Source: an uncultured Acidimicrobiaceae bacterium (lineage in GTDB: Bacteria > Actinomycetota > Acidimicrobiia > Acidimicrobiales > RAAP-2). Taken from it: a stretch of 64,000 bases of DNA. A model generated the notes under the pieces. That model did no database searches. It saw nothing but the letters and a program-made list of their open reading frames with translations, and was not told the DNA's origin. The stretch lies in NCBI GenBank assembly GCA_963756515.1, contig CAVWNV010000007.1, forward strand, positions 27,108 through 91,107, written 5' to 3'. This document shows, in pieces, positions 45,580-54,633 of this stretch. Position numbers and translations under genes: made by a program. Every line of letters begins with the position of its first letter. Positions within the stretch are counted from its first letter, which is position 1.

Positions 45580-47474
45580 GTGAGCACCCACGGCGGAACC
45601 GCCGCGCCCGGGGGGTCGACCCGCCGGGCGCCGTCGGTGTCCGCGGTGTGGCGGGCCCTCATCGGCCGTCCGCTCAAGTCGAGCGAGGCGCAGCACGGCG
45701 AGATCACCCCGCTGGAGGGGCTGCCGGCCCTGTCGCTCGACGCGCTCGACGTCGGTGGCCTACGGGCCCGAGGCCATCGTGCTGGTGCTCGGCACGGCCG
45801 GAGTGGCCGCGCTGCACCTGGTGCTGCCCATCACCATCGCCATCGTCGGACTGCTGGCCCTGCTGGTGATCTCCTACCGGCAGGTCATCGACGGTTACCC
45901 TCACGGTGGCGGGGCCTATGCGGTGTCCCGGGCCAACCTCGGCACCGGTGCCGCCCAGGTGGCGGCGGCGTCCCTGGTGGTGGACTACACCTTGACCGTG
46001 GCCGTCTCCATCGCGGCGGGGATCGCCTCGCTGACCTCGGCCTTCCCCTCGCTCTCCGGAGCCACCGTGCCCCTGTGCCTGGCCGAGTTGGCCGTGCTGA
46101 CGGTGTTCAACCTGCGGGGCCTGGGGGAGACGGCGCGGGCCTTCCTGCTGCCCACCTTCGTCTTCATCGTCGGCCTCCTGGCTGTCATCGCCATCGGCAT
46201 CATCCATCCCCTCGATCCCCACCTGGTCCAGTCGGGTACCTCGCTCACGGCGACCGTCAACCTGGCCCCGGTGGGCGTGTTGCTGGTGTTGAAGGCCTTC
46301 TCGGCCGGATGCAGCGCGCTCGACCGGCGTGGAGGCCATCGCCAACGGGGTACCGCTGTTCCGCGAACCCCGTCAGGCCCGGGCCAAGCAGACCGAGCTC
46401 CTCTTGGGGGTGCTCCTCGGCGTGATGCTCATCGGCCTGGCCGTGTTGGTCGACAAGTTCCACGTGGGGCCGCGCACCGGCCAGACCGTGCTCAGCCAGG
46501 TGATGGGGTACTCGGTCGGGCGCGGTTGGATGTACTACATCGTCTCGCTCTCCATCACGGTGGTGCTGGGCCTGGCCGCCAACACTTCCTTCGGTGGGCT
46601 ACCCGTGCTGGCCAGCCTGTTGGCCCGCGACCACTACCTCCCCCACGCCTTCGCCCTGCGGGGCGACCGGCTGGTGTTCAGCAAGGGGATCTGGGCCCTG
46701 GCCGTCGGCGCCGGCCTCCTGCTCGTCGTGGTCCGGGGCAACACGAACACGCTCATCCCGCTCTTTGCCATCGGCGTGTTCATCGGCTTCACCCTGGCCC
46801 AGACGGGCATGGTGGTGCACTGGCGGTCGACCCGGCCGCCCCGCTGGCGGAGGAAGGCCGTCCTCAATGGCATGGGAGCGGTGGTGACCGCCGTGGCCAC
46901 GCTGGTGTTCCTCGTGAGCAAGTTCGTCGAGGGCGCCTGGGTGGTCGTCATCGTCGTCCCCCTCATCATCGTGCTGTTCCACCGGATCCGGGCCTACTAC
47001 CAACGCCTCGGCAAGGTGCTCGGCATCGGGTCGATCCCCCCTCCTCCCCGGTCCGGTCGGGTACTGGTCATCGTCCCGGTCAGCGGAGTCAACCGGCTCA
47101 CCTCGCGCGTGATCTCCGAGGCGTTGTCGGTGGGCGACGACGTGATCGCCCTGGCCGTGACCTTCTCCGACGAAGAGGAGCGGGAGGCCGAGCTCGAGCG
47201 GCAGTGGAACGAGTGGGACCCCGGGGTCAGGCTGGTCACCCTGCGTTCGCAGTACCACTCGGTGGCCCGGCCCGTCGTCCGCTTCATCGACGCCTTCGAG
47301 CACCGGGACCACGACTACGCCCACATCATCGTCCTCATTCCGGTGGTGCAGCCGGGCAAGTGGTACCAGCGGGCCTTCCACAATCAGCTCGACCTGGTGC
47401 TGTCAGCGGCGCTGAGGGACCGGCCCGAGCTGGCCGTGGCCCGCCTGCCGGTGACGGTCCGGCAGCTCGAGTAG
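45580..47474 (+). pseudogene. APC-superfamily permease with cytosolic C-terminal domain, interrupted by two +1 frameshifts (~45748 and ~46322)
   Basis: Three successive ORFs in frames a, a+1 and a+2 join into one protein: '...RALIGRPLKSSEAQH...LSLDAL|(T)SVAYGPEAIVLVL...LKAFSAGCSAL|(T)GVEAIANGVPLFREP...'. Confidence 0.8.
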
Positions 47475-47522
47475 GCCCGCACGGTCGGCGCCGTCACTCC
47501 GGTGACGAGATCCACGCGTCGG

Positions 47523-48560
47523 TCAGGAGGTCTGGGCGGAGATGTCCCCGGTGACGTCGTCGATCAGTGGCCGGCCGGCCAGGTACCGATCGAGATTCTC
47601 GGCGAACAGCTCGGCCTGACGGGCCAGCCGGCCACGGCCACCGGCGGCGTTGTGCGGGGTGACCCGCACCGAGGGATGCGTCCAGAAGGGATGGTCCTCG
47701 GGCAGGGGCTCGTGCCGGAAGACGTCGAGGACGGCCACGGCCGGGCGACCCCGGTCCAGGGCCTCGAGCAGGGCGGCCTCGTCCACCAGCGTGCCCCGGG
47801 CCACGTTGACCAGGATCGCCTCCTCCCGCATCCGGGCCAGGAACGGGGCGTCGACCAGGTTCTCGGTGTCCGGGGTCGACGGCGCCGCCAGCACGATCAC
47901 GTCGGCCTGGTCGACGACGTCGGCCAGCTGGTCCGGCGTCACGGTGCGATCGGTCGGGTCGTCGGCCGACGGGTGGCGCCGGCATCCGATGACCCGGGCC
48001 CCGAAGGCCCGGGCCCGGACGGCCACCTCCGAGCCGATGCTGCCCAGGCCCACGATGAGCCACGTCGTCCCCGACAGCTCGCGCCAGTCATGGATGCGCC
48101 AGTCCCGCTGGGCGGCCAGGGCCCGCCACTGCTGGGCGTCCTGAAACTCGTCGAGCACCGCCCGCATCACGAACTCGGCGATGGGGAGGCTGTTCACATG
48201 GGCGTTGCTGACCCGGACGCCGCGTGCCACCAGCTCGGAGAAGACCGGCGCGTCGAAACCGGCTGCCGGGGACTGGAACCAGCGAAGTCCGTCGATCCGG
48301 GTCAGGAGACCGAAGAACGCCCCGATCGGTGCCCCCGGACGGAACAGGTCGGAGGTTCCCCAGGCCACGTCGGGCCGGACCTCGTCCGGCCCGACCGCAC
48401 GTCCCCCCGCGTCCCGAAGCGTGCCGTCCAGCTCCATCGTCAGCCACTCGACCCCGGGTCGTTCCAGGTCGGGACCGAAGGACCCGAGGGCCACCGACGT
48501 CAGCAGCACCAGCGTCGGTCGGTCCGACGGCGGCCCCGGTTCGGCCCGACCATCATTCAC
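47523..48560 (-). CDS. D-isomer-specific 2-hydroxyacid dehydrogenase family protein
   Basis: NAD motif 'WLIVGLGSIGSEVA', 'VNVARGTLVDEAAL' and 'VTPHNAAG'. The GTG start overlaps the upstream SDR stop (GTGA, 48557-48560). Confidence 0.85.
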   Translation of the reverse strand: MNDGRAEPGPPSDRPTLVLLTSVALGSFGPDLERPGVEWLTMELDGTLRDAGGRAVGPDEVRPDVAWGTSDLFRPGAPIGAFFGLLTRIDGLRWFQSPAAGFDAPVFSELVARGVRVSNAHVNSLPIAEFVMRAVLDEFQDAQQWRALAAQRDWRIHDWRELSGTTWLIVGLGSIGSEVAVRARAFGARVIGCRRHPSADDPTDRTVTPDQLADVVDQADVIVLAAPSTPDTENLVDAPFLARMREEAILVNVARGTLVDEAALLEALDRGRPAVAVLDVFRHEPLPEDHPFWTHPSVRVTPHNAAGGRGRLARQAELFAENLDRYLAGRPLIDDVTGDISAQTS

Positions 48561-49387
48561 GGTTCGGACGGATCGAGCGCGTCGAGGAGGGACTGACCGG
48601 TCAGGTGGAACATGGTCTCGTCGTCGGACTGGCGCCACAGGTCGAGCAGGCCGATCGAGAGCGGATCGCACCCGTAGCGCATGGGCCCGTCATCGTCCAT
48701 GATGGCGTCGACGATGAGGGTGGCGGCCCGCGCCGGCGACGAGACCAGGGGATCGGCCGTCTCCTGGCGGAGCTGCCTGGTCCGATCGGCCATAGCCCGG
48801 TAACGCTCGTAGCCGGCGGCCGCCTGGTCACCGGTGCTGAGCCGGAACATGTCGGTGTCGACGGGTCCGGGGAGTATCTCCACCACGCGGATGCCCGAGG
48901 GGGCCAGCTCGACCCGAAGGCTGTCCCCGAAGGCCGACACCGCGGCCTTGGTGGCCCGGTAGGCGGAGTAGAACGGCACACTGGCCAGGATGGACGACGA
49001 CGAGATGTTGCAGACAACGGCCGGACGGTTCGACCGCAGGACGGGTATGGAGGCGATGGTCGTCGCCACCAGTCCGAGCACGTTGGTCTCGAATAGCGCC
49101 CGCCAGTCGTCCAACCGGCTGTGCTCGACCGGCAGGTAGTCGGAGTCGACACCGGCATTGTTCACCAGCACGCGGAGGTCGTCCGGTAGGGCGTAGGAGT
49201 CGGGATCGTTGACGTCCATCCGGGCCACGGTCAATCGACCGGACGTCTCCGCCGCCAGCCCGGCGCCGTCCTCGGGGCGTCGCATGCCGGCGATGGTGTC
49301 GAATCCCCGCCCGGCCAGTTCGAGTGCCACGGCCCGACCGATACCTCGGCTGGCTCCGGTGACCAGTGCGCTTCCCACTGTCTCCAT
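48557..49387 (-). CDS. short-chain dehydrogenase/reductase (SDR)
   Basis: 'ALVTGASRGIGRAVA' and 'YRATKAAV'. ATG 49387 with AGAGG upstream. Confidence 0.9.
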   Translation of the reverse strand: METVGSALVTGASRGIGRAVALELAGRGFDTIAGMRRPEDGAGLAAETSGRLTVARMDVNDPDSYALPDDLRVLVNNAGVDSDYLPVEHSRLDDWRALFETNVLGLVATTIASIPVLRSNRPAVVCNISSSSILASVPFYSAYRATKAAVSAFGDSLRVELAPSGIRVVEILPGPVDTDMFRLSTGDQAAAGYERYRAMADRTRQLRQETADPLVSSPARAATLIVDAIMDDDGPMRYGCDPLSIGLLDLWRQSDDETMFHLTGQSLLDALDPSEP

Positions 49388-49746
49388 CGGTCGACCTCTT
49401 TCGCTGCTGATCGGGCGCGGCCCCGGTTCCCCGGCGCTCCGGTTCCCCGCCGTGCGTTGCCCGCGGGACCCACGGAGCCGCAGTCTGCCAAAGAATCGAG
49501 ACCGGCCGTCCACGGTCTGCGAGGTGGGCCGGCCCAGATCAGAGCACACCCGACCGGCCTGCATCCTTCATTGACGCTCGCGGGGGAGCACCATACGATG
49601 CTGCCGGTCAGCTCACCACCCGGTGCCGCAGGAGGTCTGGACGTGCGCAACTGCCCCAGTCTCTGCATCGGTGGCGTGGGGGTGGATCCGTCCACCTCGG
49701 CCGCGGTCCACGTGTTCGGGTGCCGTTCCATCACCGGCCTGCCGGC

Positions 49747-50865
49747 ATGACCGTCCCCTTCGAGGCCGGCCAGGAGCACTACCCGATGTCCGGCCTGGAC
49801 GAGTTCATGGTCCACAACCACCCCCATCCGGTCCGGGTGATGTGGACCTCGGACCCGCAGGCCTACGAGCGCATGTGGTTCACCAGCCAGGACTCCACCG
49901 GCGACCTGCTCGTGGTGGCCGGCATGGGCGTCTACCCCAACCTGGGAACGGCCGAGGCCTTCGCCATCGTCAATGTCCGGGGACAGCACACCACGGTGCG
50001 GGCCCACCGCAAGCTGGGCCTGAACCGGATGGACATGACCGCCGGTCCACTGACCTTCGAGCTGGTGGAGCCGTTCCGGCAGTGGCGGCTGCGCCTGGAC
50101 GAGAACGCCTTCGGTGTCGCCTTCGACATTTCATGGTTCGACACCAAGCGGCCGGTCTACCGGCTGATCGGCGGTGGGCTCTTCATCGGAACCCGTCCCT
50201 TCGCCGGAGTGGCCGGATACGACGGATTCGGGCGCCAGGCCGGGTGGGTCGACGCACTGGGTGAGCGGTTCGAACTCGACACCGAGCACTACCGGGGAAC
50301 CCGTGACCACCACTGGGGCACTCGGGACGGTGTCGGGGGCCCGGCCCTGTGGAGCGGAAACCAGCATCCCCACTCGGGCGAGTGGGTCGAGTTCGAGGAG
50401 TACGGAGTGTGGGGCGACCACATCCTCTACAACCTCGGCGACGAGCGTCGGGGCAGTGAGACGCTCCGAGGTCGCCGGCACCGGCTCCGGTTCGAGCCCG
50501 ACACCCATCTCCTCCTGTCCGGTCAGGTCGACCTGGTCTTCGCGTCTGGACAGGAGAAGACCATGAGCTTCGAGCGGTTGGGCAACCAGATCGCCTTCCT
50601 GCGGTGCGGCATGTACGGGGGCCCGAACGGGGGCACGCCCGACGGCGACATCTGGCACGGCATGGAGGTGGGTGACGGGGTGGTCACCGGCGAGACCTAC
50701 GACGCCAACGATCCCGAGGTCCGGTCGCGGATCTGCGGACTGGACCAGCATCACGCCCGGTTCGAGTGCGAGGGTGAGACCACCTATGGGATCGTCGAGC
50801 CCTACGACACCCTGTGCTTCGAGATGGCCCGGAGCGGCCTGGGCGGCTTCTCGCTGCTCGAGTGA
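49747..50865 (+). CDS. conserved-looking hypothetical protein (no family recognised)
   Basis: 372 aa (381 aa if GTG 49720 is the start). The sequence is beta-rich and non-repetitive, with features such as 'YRGTRDHHWGTRDG'. Confidence 0.7.
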   Translation: MTVPFEAGQEHYPMSGLDEFMVHNHPHPVRVMWTSDPQAYERMWFTSQDSTGDLLVVAGMGVYPNLGTAEAFAIVNVRGQHTTVRAHRKLGLNRMDMTAGPLTFELVEPFRQWRLRLDENAFGVAFDISWFDTKRPVYRLIGGGLFIGTRPFAGVAGYDGFGRQAGWVDALGERFELDTEHYRGTRDHHWGTRDGVGGPALWSGNQHPHSGEWVEFEEYGVWGDHILYNLGDERRGSETLRGRRHRLRFEPDTHLLLSGQVDLVFASGQEKTMSFERLGNQIAFLRCGMYGGPNGGTPDGDIWHGMEVGDGVVTGETYDANDPEVRSRICGLDQHHARFECEGETTYGIVEPYDTLCFEMARSGLGGFSLLE

Positions 50866-50926
50866 GTTCCACCCGAGCCGGCCGGACCGAGGTCGACGGG
50901 ACCCGGGTCGTTTCGGCGGCCCGGGC

Positions 50927-52603
50927 TCATGACCGGCGTCCGGCCCAGCCGGCCAGAAGGTCGGCCCGCCCGTTGGCGGCGAACTCGTCCCGGAGCCCGA
51001 TCCGGTCGGAAGGCCCGAAGGGGACGTAGGCGTCGCCCCGCCCCGTCCGGTGCCACATCGGGTCCGACGTCTCCCACCCTTCGGCCCGCAGCGGCTTCTT
51101 GTCCACCTTGTTGGTGGCGGTGACCGGTAGCGACGCCACCACCCGGATGTAGCGGGGAACCCACTTGGTCCCGAGATCGGGCTGCGCGGCCAGGAACGCC
51201 GTGAAGGCGTCGGGGTCGAACGAGGCGCCGGGCTCGAGCTCCAGTGTCGCCATGACCTGGTCGCCGGTGCGGCTGTCCGGCACGGCGTACACGGCGACCC
51301 CGCTGACCCCGTCCATCCGGCCGAGGATGCGTTCCACGGGTGCCGCCGCGAAGTTCTCGCTGTCCACGCGGAGCCAGTCGCCGGTGCGGCCGGCGAAGTA
51401 GAAGATCCCCTCCTCGTCGCGGTAGCCCAGGTCCCCGGACCAGTACCACCCGTTGCGGGTGCGCTCGGCATCGGCCGCGGGGTTGTTGTAGTAGCCCTCG
51501 AACTTCGACATCGCCCGGCGCCCGACGATCTCGCCGATGGCCTCGCCGGCGTTGGTCAGGCGCCCGTTGCCGTCGAAGACGGCCCGCGGCCGCTCCACGG
51601 CCGTGTCCGGGTCGACCACGGCCACGTCGTCACCGGCGCTGGCCCGGCCCAGGGCGCCGGGACGGGGGTCGGCCACCGGTTTGAGCACGACCGCGTTCTC
51701 GCTGGACCCGTATCCCTCCACCAGAGGGACGCCGAATCGCCGGGTGAACTCGGCCTTGTCCGGGGCCGACGTCTCGGGCCCGAGCACGTAGCGGAGTCGG
51801 TGGTCGCGGTCGTGCTCGGTCGGGGGCGTGGCCACGATGTAGGAGATGGCCCGGCCCACCGTGTTGAAGAAGGTGGCCCCGGTGGCCCTGATGTCGGGGA
51901 GGAAGTTGGAGGCGGAGAACCGTCGGCGCAGCACCAGGGTGGCCCCGCTGGAGAAGGCCGGCAGCACCGCGGCCGAGAGCGCATTGCCGTGGAAGAGCGG
52001 CATGGCTGAATAGAGGACGTCCTCGTGGCTGAACCCGATCCGGGCCGCCGACCGGGCCGCCCGACCCTGGGTCATCCGCACCGCCTTCGGGCCGGCGGTG
52101 GACCCTGAGGTGAAGATCAACAGGTACAGGTCGTCCGGCGCCGGTTCGGGCCCGGCACCGGCGCCGGACGCGGTGATGGCGCCCAGTAGGTCCCGGTAGT
52201 CGTGGCCGTCGGTGGTCAGCACCCGCTCGGGCCCGATGCCGATATCGAGTCCGTCCAGCAGACCACGTTGGGTGGAGTCGGTGATCACCAACTGGCAGTC
52301 GGTCATGCGGATGTCGGCGGCCAGCTCGTCGCCGCGCCGGGTGGGATTGATGCCGACGACCACCGCACCCACCAATGCCGCCCCGGCCAGGAGGAAGAGG
52401 TACTCATCGGTGTTCTCGAGGAGGATGCCGACGTGAAACGGCCCGGGCCGCCGGAGCTCCCGGAGGAGGGCACCCCTCCGCTCCGCCTCGCGCACCACCT
52501 GGCGCCAGGTCCAGGTCGCCGATTCGAACACCAGGCCGGTCCGGTCGTCATCGGCTCGTTGCCGCACCAGTTGGGCCGCGGTGGTGAAGGCGGGGTCGCT
52601 CAC
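50927..52603 (-). CDS. acyl-CoA synthetase (AMP-forming, FadD-like)
   Basis: AMP-binding motif 'LIFTSGSTAGPKAV' and a later 'GWYWSGDLGYRDEEGIFYFAGR'. The GTG start overlaps the upstream stop (GTGA, 52600-52603). Confidence 0.9.
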   Translation of the reverse strand: MSDPAFTTAAQLVRQRADDDRTGLVFESATWTWRQVVREAERRGALLRELRRPGPFHVGILLENTDEYLFLLAGAALVGAVVVGINPTRRGDELAADIRMTDCQLVITDSTQRGLLDGLDIGIGPERVLTTDGHDYRDLLGAITASGAGAGPEPAPDDLYLLIFTSGSTAGPKAVRMTQGRAARSAARIGFSHEDVLYSAMPLFHGNALSAAVLPAFSSGATLVLRRRFSASNFLPDIRATGATFFNTVGRAISYIVATPPTEHDRDHRLRYVLGPETSAPDKAEFTRRFGVPLVEGYGSSENAVVLKPVADPRPGALGRASAGDDVAVVDPDTAVERPRAVFDGNGRLTNAGEAIGEIVGRRAMSKFEGYYNNPAADAERTRNGWYWSGDLGYRDEEGIFYFAGRTGDWLRVDSENFAAAPVERILGRMDGVSGVAVYAVPDSRTGDQVMATLELEPGASFDPDAFTAFLAAQPDLGTKWVPRYIRVVASLPVTATNKVDKKPLRAEGWETSDPMWHRTGRGDAYVPFGPSDRIGLRDEFAANGRADLLAGWAGRRS

Positions 52604-53643
52604 CGGATCCGGCTCGTCAGCACGTCGAGGACCGGGTTGTCGTCGATGGGGAGCATGAGGGGCAGTCCGGCCTGGCGCCGGAGGTAGCCGATACGGGTCA
52701 TCACGGCCGAGCTCCGCACCATGGCCAGTGTCTCGTACCACTCGAGATCCCGCACCGGGCGGCCGCTGTACTCCTCGAAACTGGCCACGGTGGCGTCCCG
52801 GTCGGGGAAGGCGGCCAGCCGGCGCCCGAAGAGCCGGTGCATGGTGATGTCGAGACTGGTGAACCAGGCCAGGTCGTGTTCGGGCGCGCCCACCGTGGTC
52901 ATGTCCCAGTCGAGGACGGCACGGGGTCGGAGATCGTCACCGAGCACCATGTTCTCGAACCGGGCGTCTCCCCACAACAGGGCCGGGTCCGGCTCGTCGG
53001 CCGGCTGGTGACGGCGGCACCAACGCAGGCCGGCGGCCAGGGCGGCCACCGGCGACCCCCCGCTCGACCATTCGAGGTAGGCCTCCCAGTGGTCGAGCTC
53101 GGCGGCGTTGTCCCGACGGGGGACGTCCGGGGCGGAGTGGACGTCCCCCCGGTGGACGGCGGCCAGGGTGGCCACGAAGTTGTCGTAGACCCGGTGCTGG
53201 TCGGCGGGTTCGAGCCCGGCCAGCCAGCCGTCGAGGTGGGCCACCGCCCCGATGATGTGGCCCTCCACCCGGGGCATGACCATGAACGGGGCACCCAGCC
53301 AGCGGGGGTCGGTCTCCACCACCGGGTCGGCCACCGGCACGCCCACCGCCGCCGCGGCCCGCTGGGCCTGCTCCTGTGGCACCAGGTCGTACTGCCGGAA
53401 GGTGCCGACCTCGGGTGGGGCCATGCGGACCACCAGGGACTGGCGGTGCCGGCCGTCGTCGGCGACCCATTCCAGCTCGGCGAAGACGGTGTCGCTGGAG
53501 TACCCGGCCGACGGCCGGCTCAGGCCGCCCACGGCGGGGTCGGTCAGGCCCCGTCGGGCCGCCAGCCAGCTGGCCAGGCCCTCGGCCATGGCGTGGTCAT
53601 CCCGGACGACGGTCACCCCGCCGACCGCTTCAGGTCGCGGCAC
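52600..53643 (-). CDS. phosphotransferase (APH/kinase-like fold) family protein
   Basis: 347 aa with the catalytic-loop region 'LLWGDARFENMVL' and the metal-binding 'VLDWDMTTVG'. Start is uncertain: GTG 53643 overlaps E1 beta by 14 nt, and GTG 53616 or ATG 53589 are alternatives. Confidence 0.8.
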   Translation of the reverse strand: MPRPEAVGGVTVVRDDHAMAEGLASWLAARRGLTDPAVGGLSRPSAGYSSDTVFAELEWVADDGRHRQSLVVRMAPPEVGTFRQYDLVPQEQAQRAAAAVGVPVADPVVETDPRWLGAPFMVMPRVEGHIIGAVAHLDGWLAGLEPADQHRVYDNFVATLAAVHRGDVHSAPDVPRRDNAAELDHWEAYLEWSSGGSPVAALAAGLRWCRRHQPADEPDPALLWGDARFENMVLGDDLRPRAVLDWDMTTVGAPEHDLAWFTSLDITMHRLFGRRLAAFPDRDATVASFEEYSGRPVRDLEWYETLAMVRSSAVMTRIGYLRRQAGLPLMLPIDDNPVLDVLTSRIR

Positions 53644-54616
53644 GGCCGCGTACCGCCTCGGCGATGGCGGACGCCGAAGGCATGACCGCGGCCTCCAGGG
53701 TCGGGGCCGAGCCGATCGGGACGAACCGGGCCCCGACCCGGATGACGGGTCCGGTCAGCTCACCGAAGAGCTCCTCGTTGATCACGCTGGCCACCTCGGC
53801 CCCGAACCCGGCGAACTGGGTGGCGTGGTGGGCCACCACGGCCCGTCGGGTGCGGGCCACCGATTCCAGGACGGTGGCGGTGTCCAACGGCACCAGGCTC
53901 CGGAGGTCCACCACCTCCACCTCGATCCCCTCGGCGGCCAGTTCGTCGGCGGCGGTCAGGGCGTCCCGGACCGTCCGGCCGTAGGTCACGACGGTGACAT
54001 CCCGGCCGGCCCGCTTGATCTCGGCCCGGCCCAGGGGGACCCGGTGGTCGCCGTCGGGCACCGGGCCGCTCGACCCGTACAGGGCCACGTTCTCGACGAA
54101 GACGCAGGGGTCGTCGTCGAAGATGCACGTGGTCAGGAGTCCCTTGGCATCGGCCGGCGTGGCCGGGACCACCACCTTCAGCCCGGGGATGTGGGCCAGC
54201 CAGGCCTCGAGGGTCTGGGAGTGGGTGGCCCCCGAGCCGATACCCCCGAAGACCGCGGTCCGCACCGTCATGGGGACGCTCAACAGCCCGCCCGACATGA
54301 ACCGGGCCTTGGCGGCGTGGTTGACCAGCTGGTCGAGGGCGATGCTGATGAAGTCCATGATCATGACCTCGGCCACCGGCCGCAATCCGGCCAACGCCGC
54401 CCCGACGGCGGCACCGACGATGGCCGTCTCGGAGATAGGGGTGTCGCGGACCCGGTCGGTCCCGTAGGTGGTCGACAGCCCCTTGGTCACCTGCGAGATG
54501 CCTCCGCCCGGGTCGGCCAGGTCCTCGCCCAGCAGCAGGACCGTGGGGTCGGCGGCCAGGGCCTCACCCAACGCCAGGTTCAGCGCCTCCCGCATGCTCC
54601 GGTCGGTGGTCGGCAC
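53630..54616 (-). CDS. 2-oxoacid/acetoin dehydrogenase E1 component, beta subunit
   Basis: 'MREALNLALGEALAADPTVLLLGEDLADPGG...DTPISETAIVGAAVGAALAG' (transketolase pyrimidine-binding and C-terminal domains). Start is GTG 54616 or ATG 54595. Confidence 0.9.
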   Translation of the reverse strand: MPTTDRSMREALNLALGEALAADPTVLLLGEDLADPGGGISQVTKGLSTTYGTDRVRDTPISETAIVGAAVGAALAGLRPVAEVMIMDFISIALDQLVNHAAKARFMSGGLLSVPMTVRTAVFGGIGSGATHSQTLEAWLAHIPGLKVVVPATPADAKGLLTTCIFDDDPCVFVENVALYGSSGPVPDGDHRVPLGRAEIKRAGRDVTVVTYGRTVRDALTAADELAAEGIEVEVVDLRSLVPLDTATVLESVARTRRAVVAHHATQFAGFGAEVASVINEELFGELTGPVIRVGARFVPIGSAPTLEAAVMPSASAIAEAVRGRAAT

Positions 54617-54633
54617 GTGCCCGGGCCGGCCCG

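Noticed and set aside
49598-49750. 50-codon ORF (MLPVSSPPGAAGGLDVRNCPSLCIGGVGVDPSTSAAVHVFGCRSITGLPA) whose TGA overlaps the ATG at 49747. A similar 29-codon ORF lies at 7092-7181, overlapping the ATG at 7178.
   Set aside because: Any gene beginning ATG-A.. automatically provides a TGA for the upstream -1 frame, and open frames are frequent at this GC content. The Shine-Dalgarno support is weak and there are no peptide-like features. The 49598 ATG also coincides with the candidate -10 hexamer.
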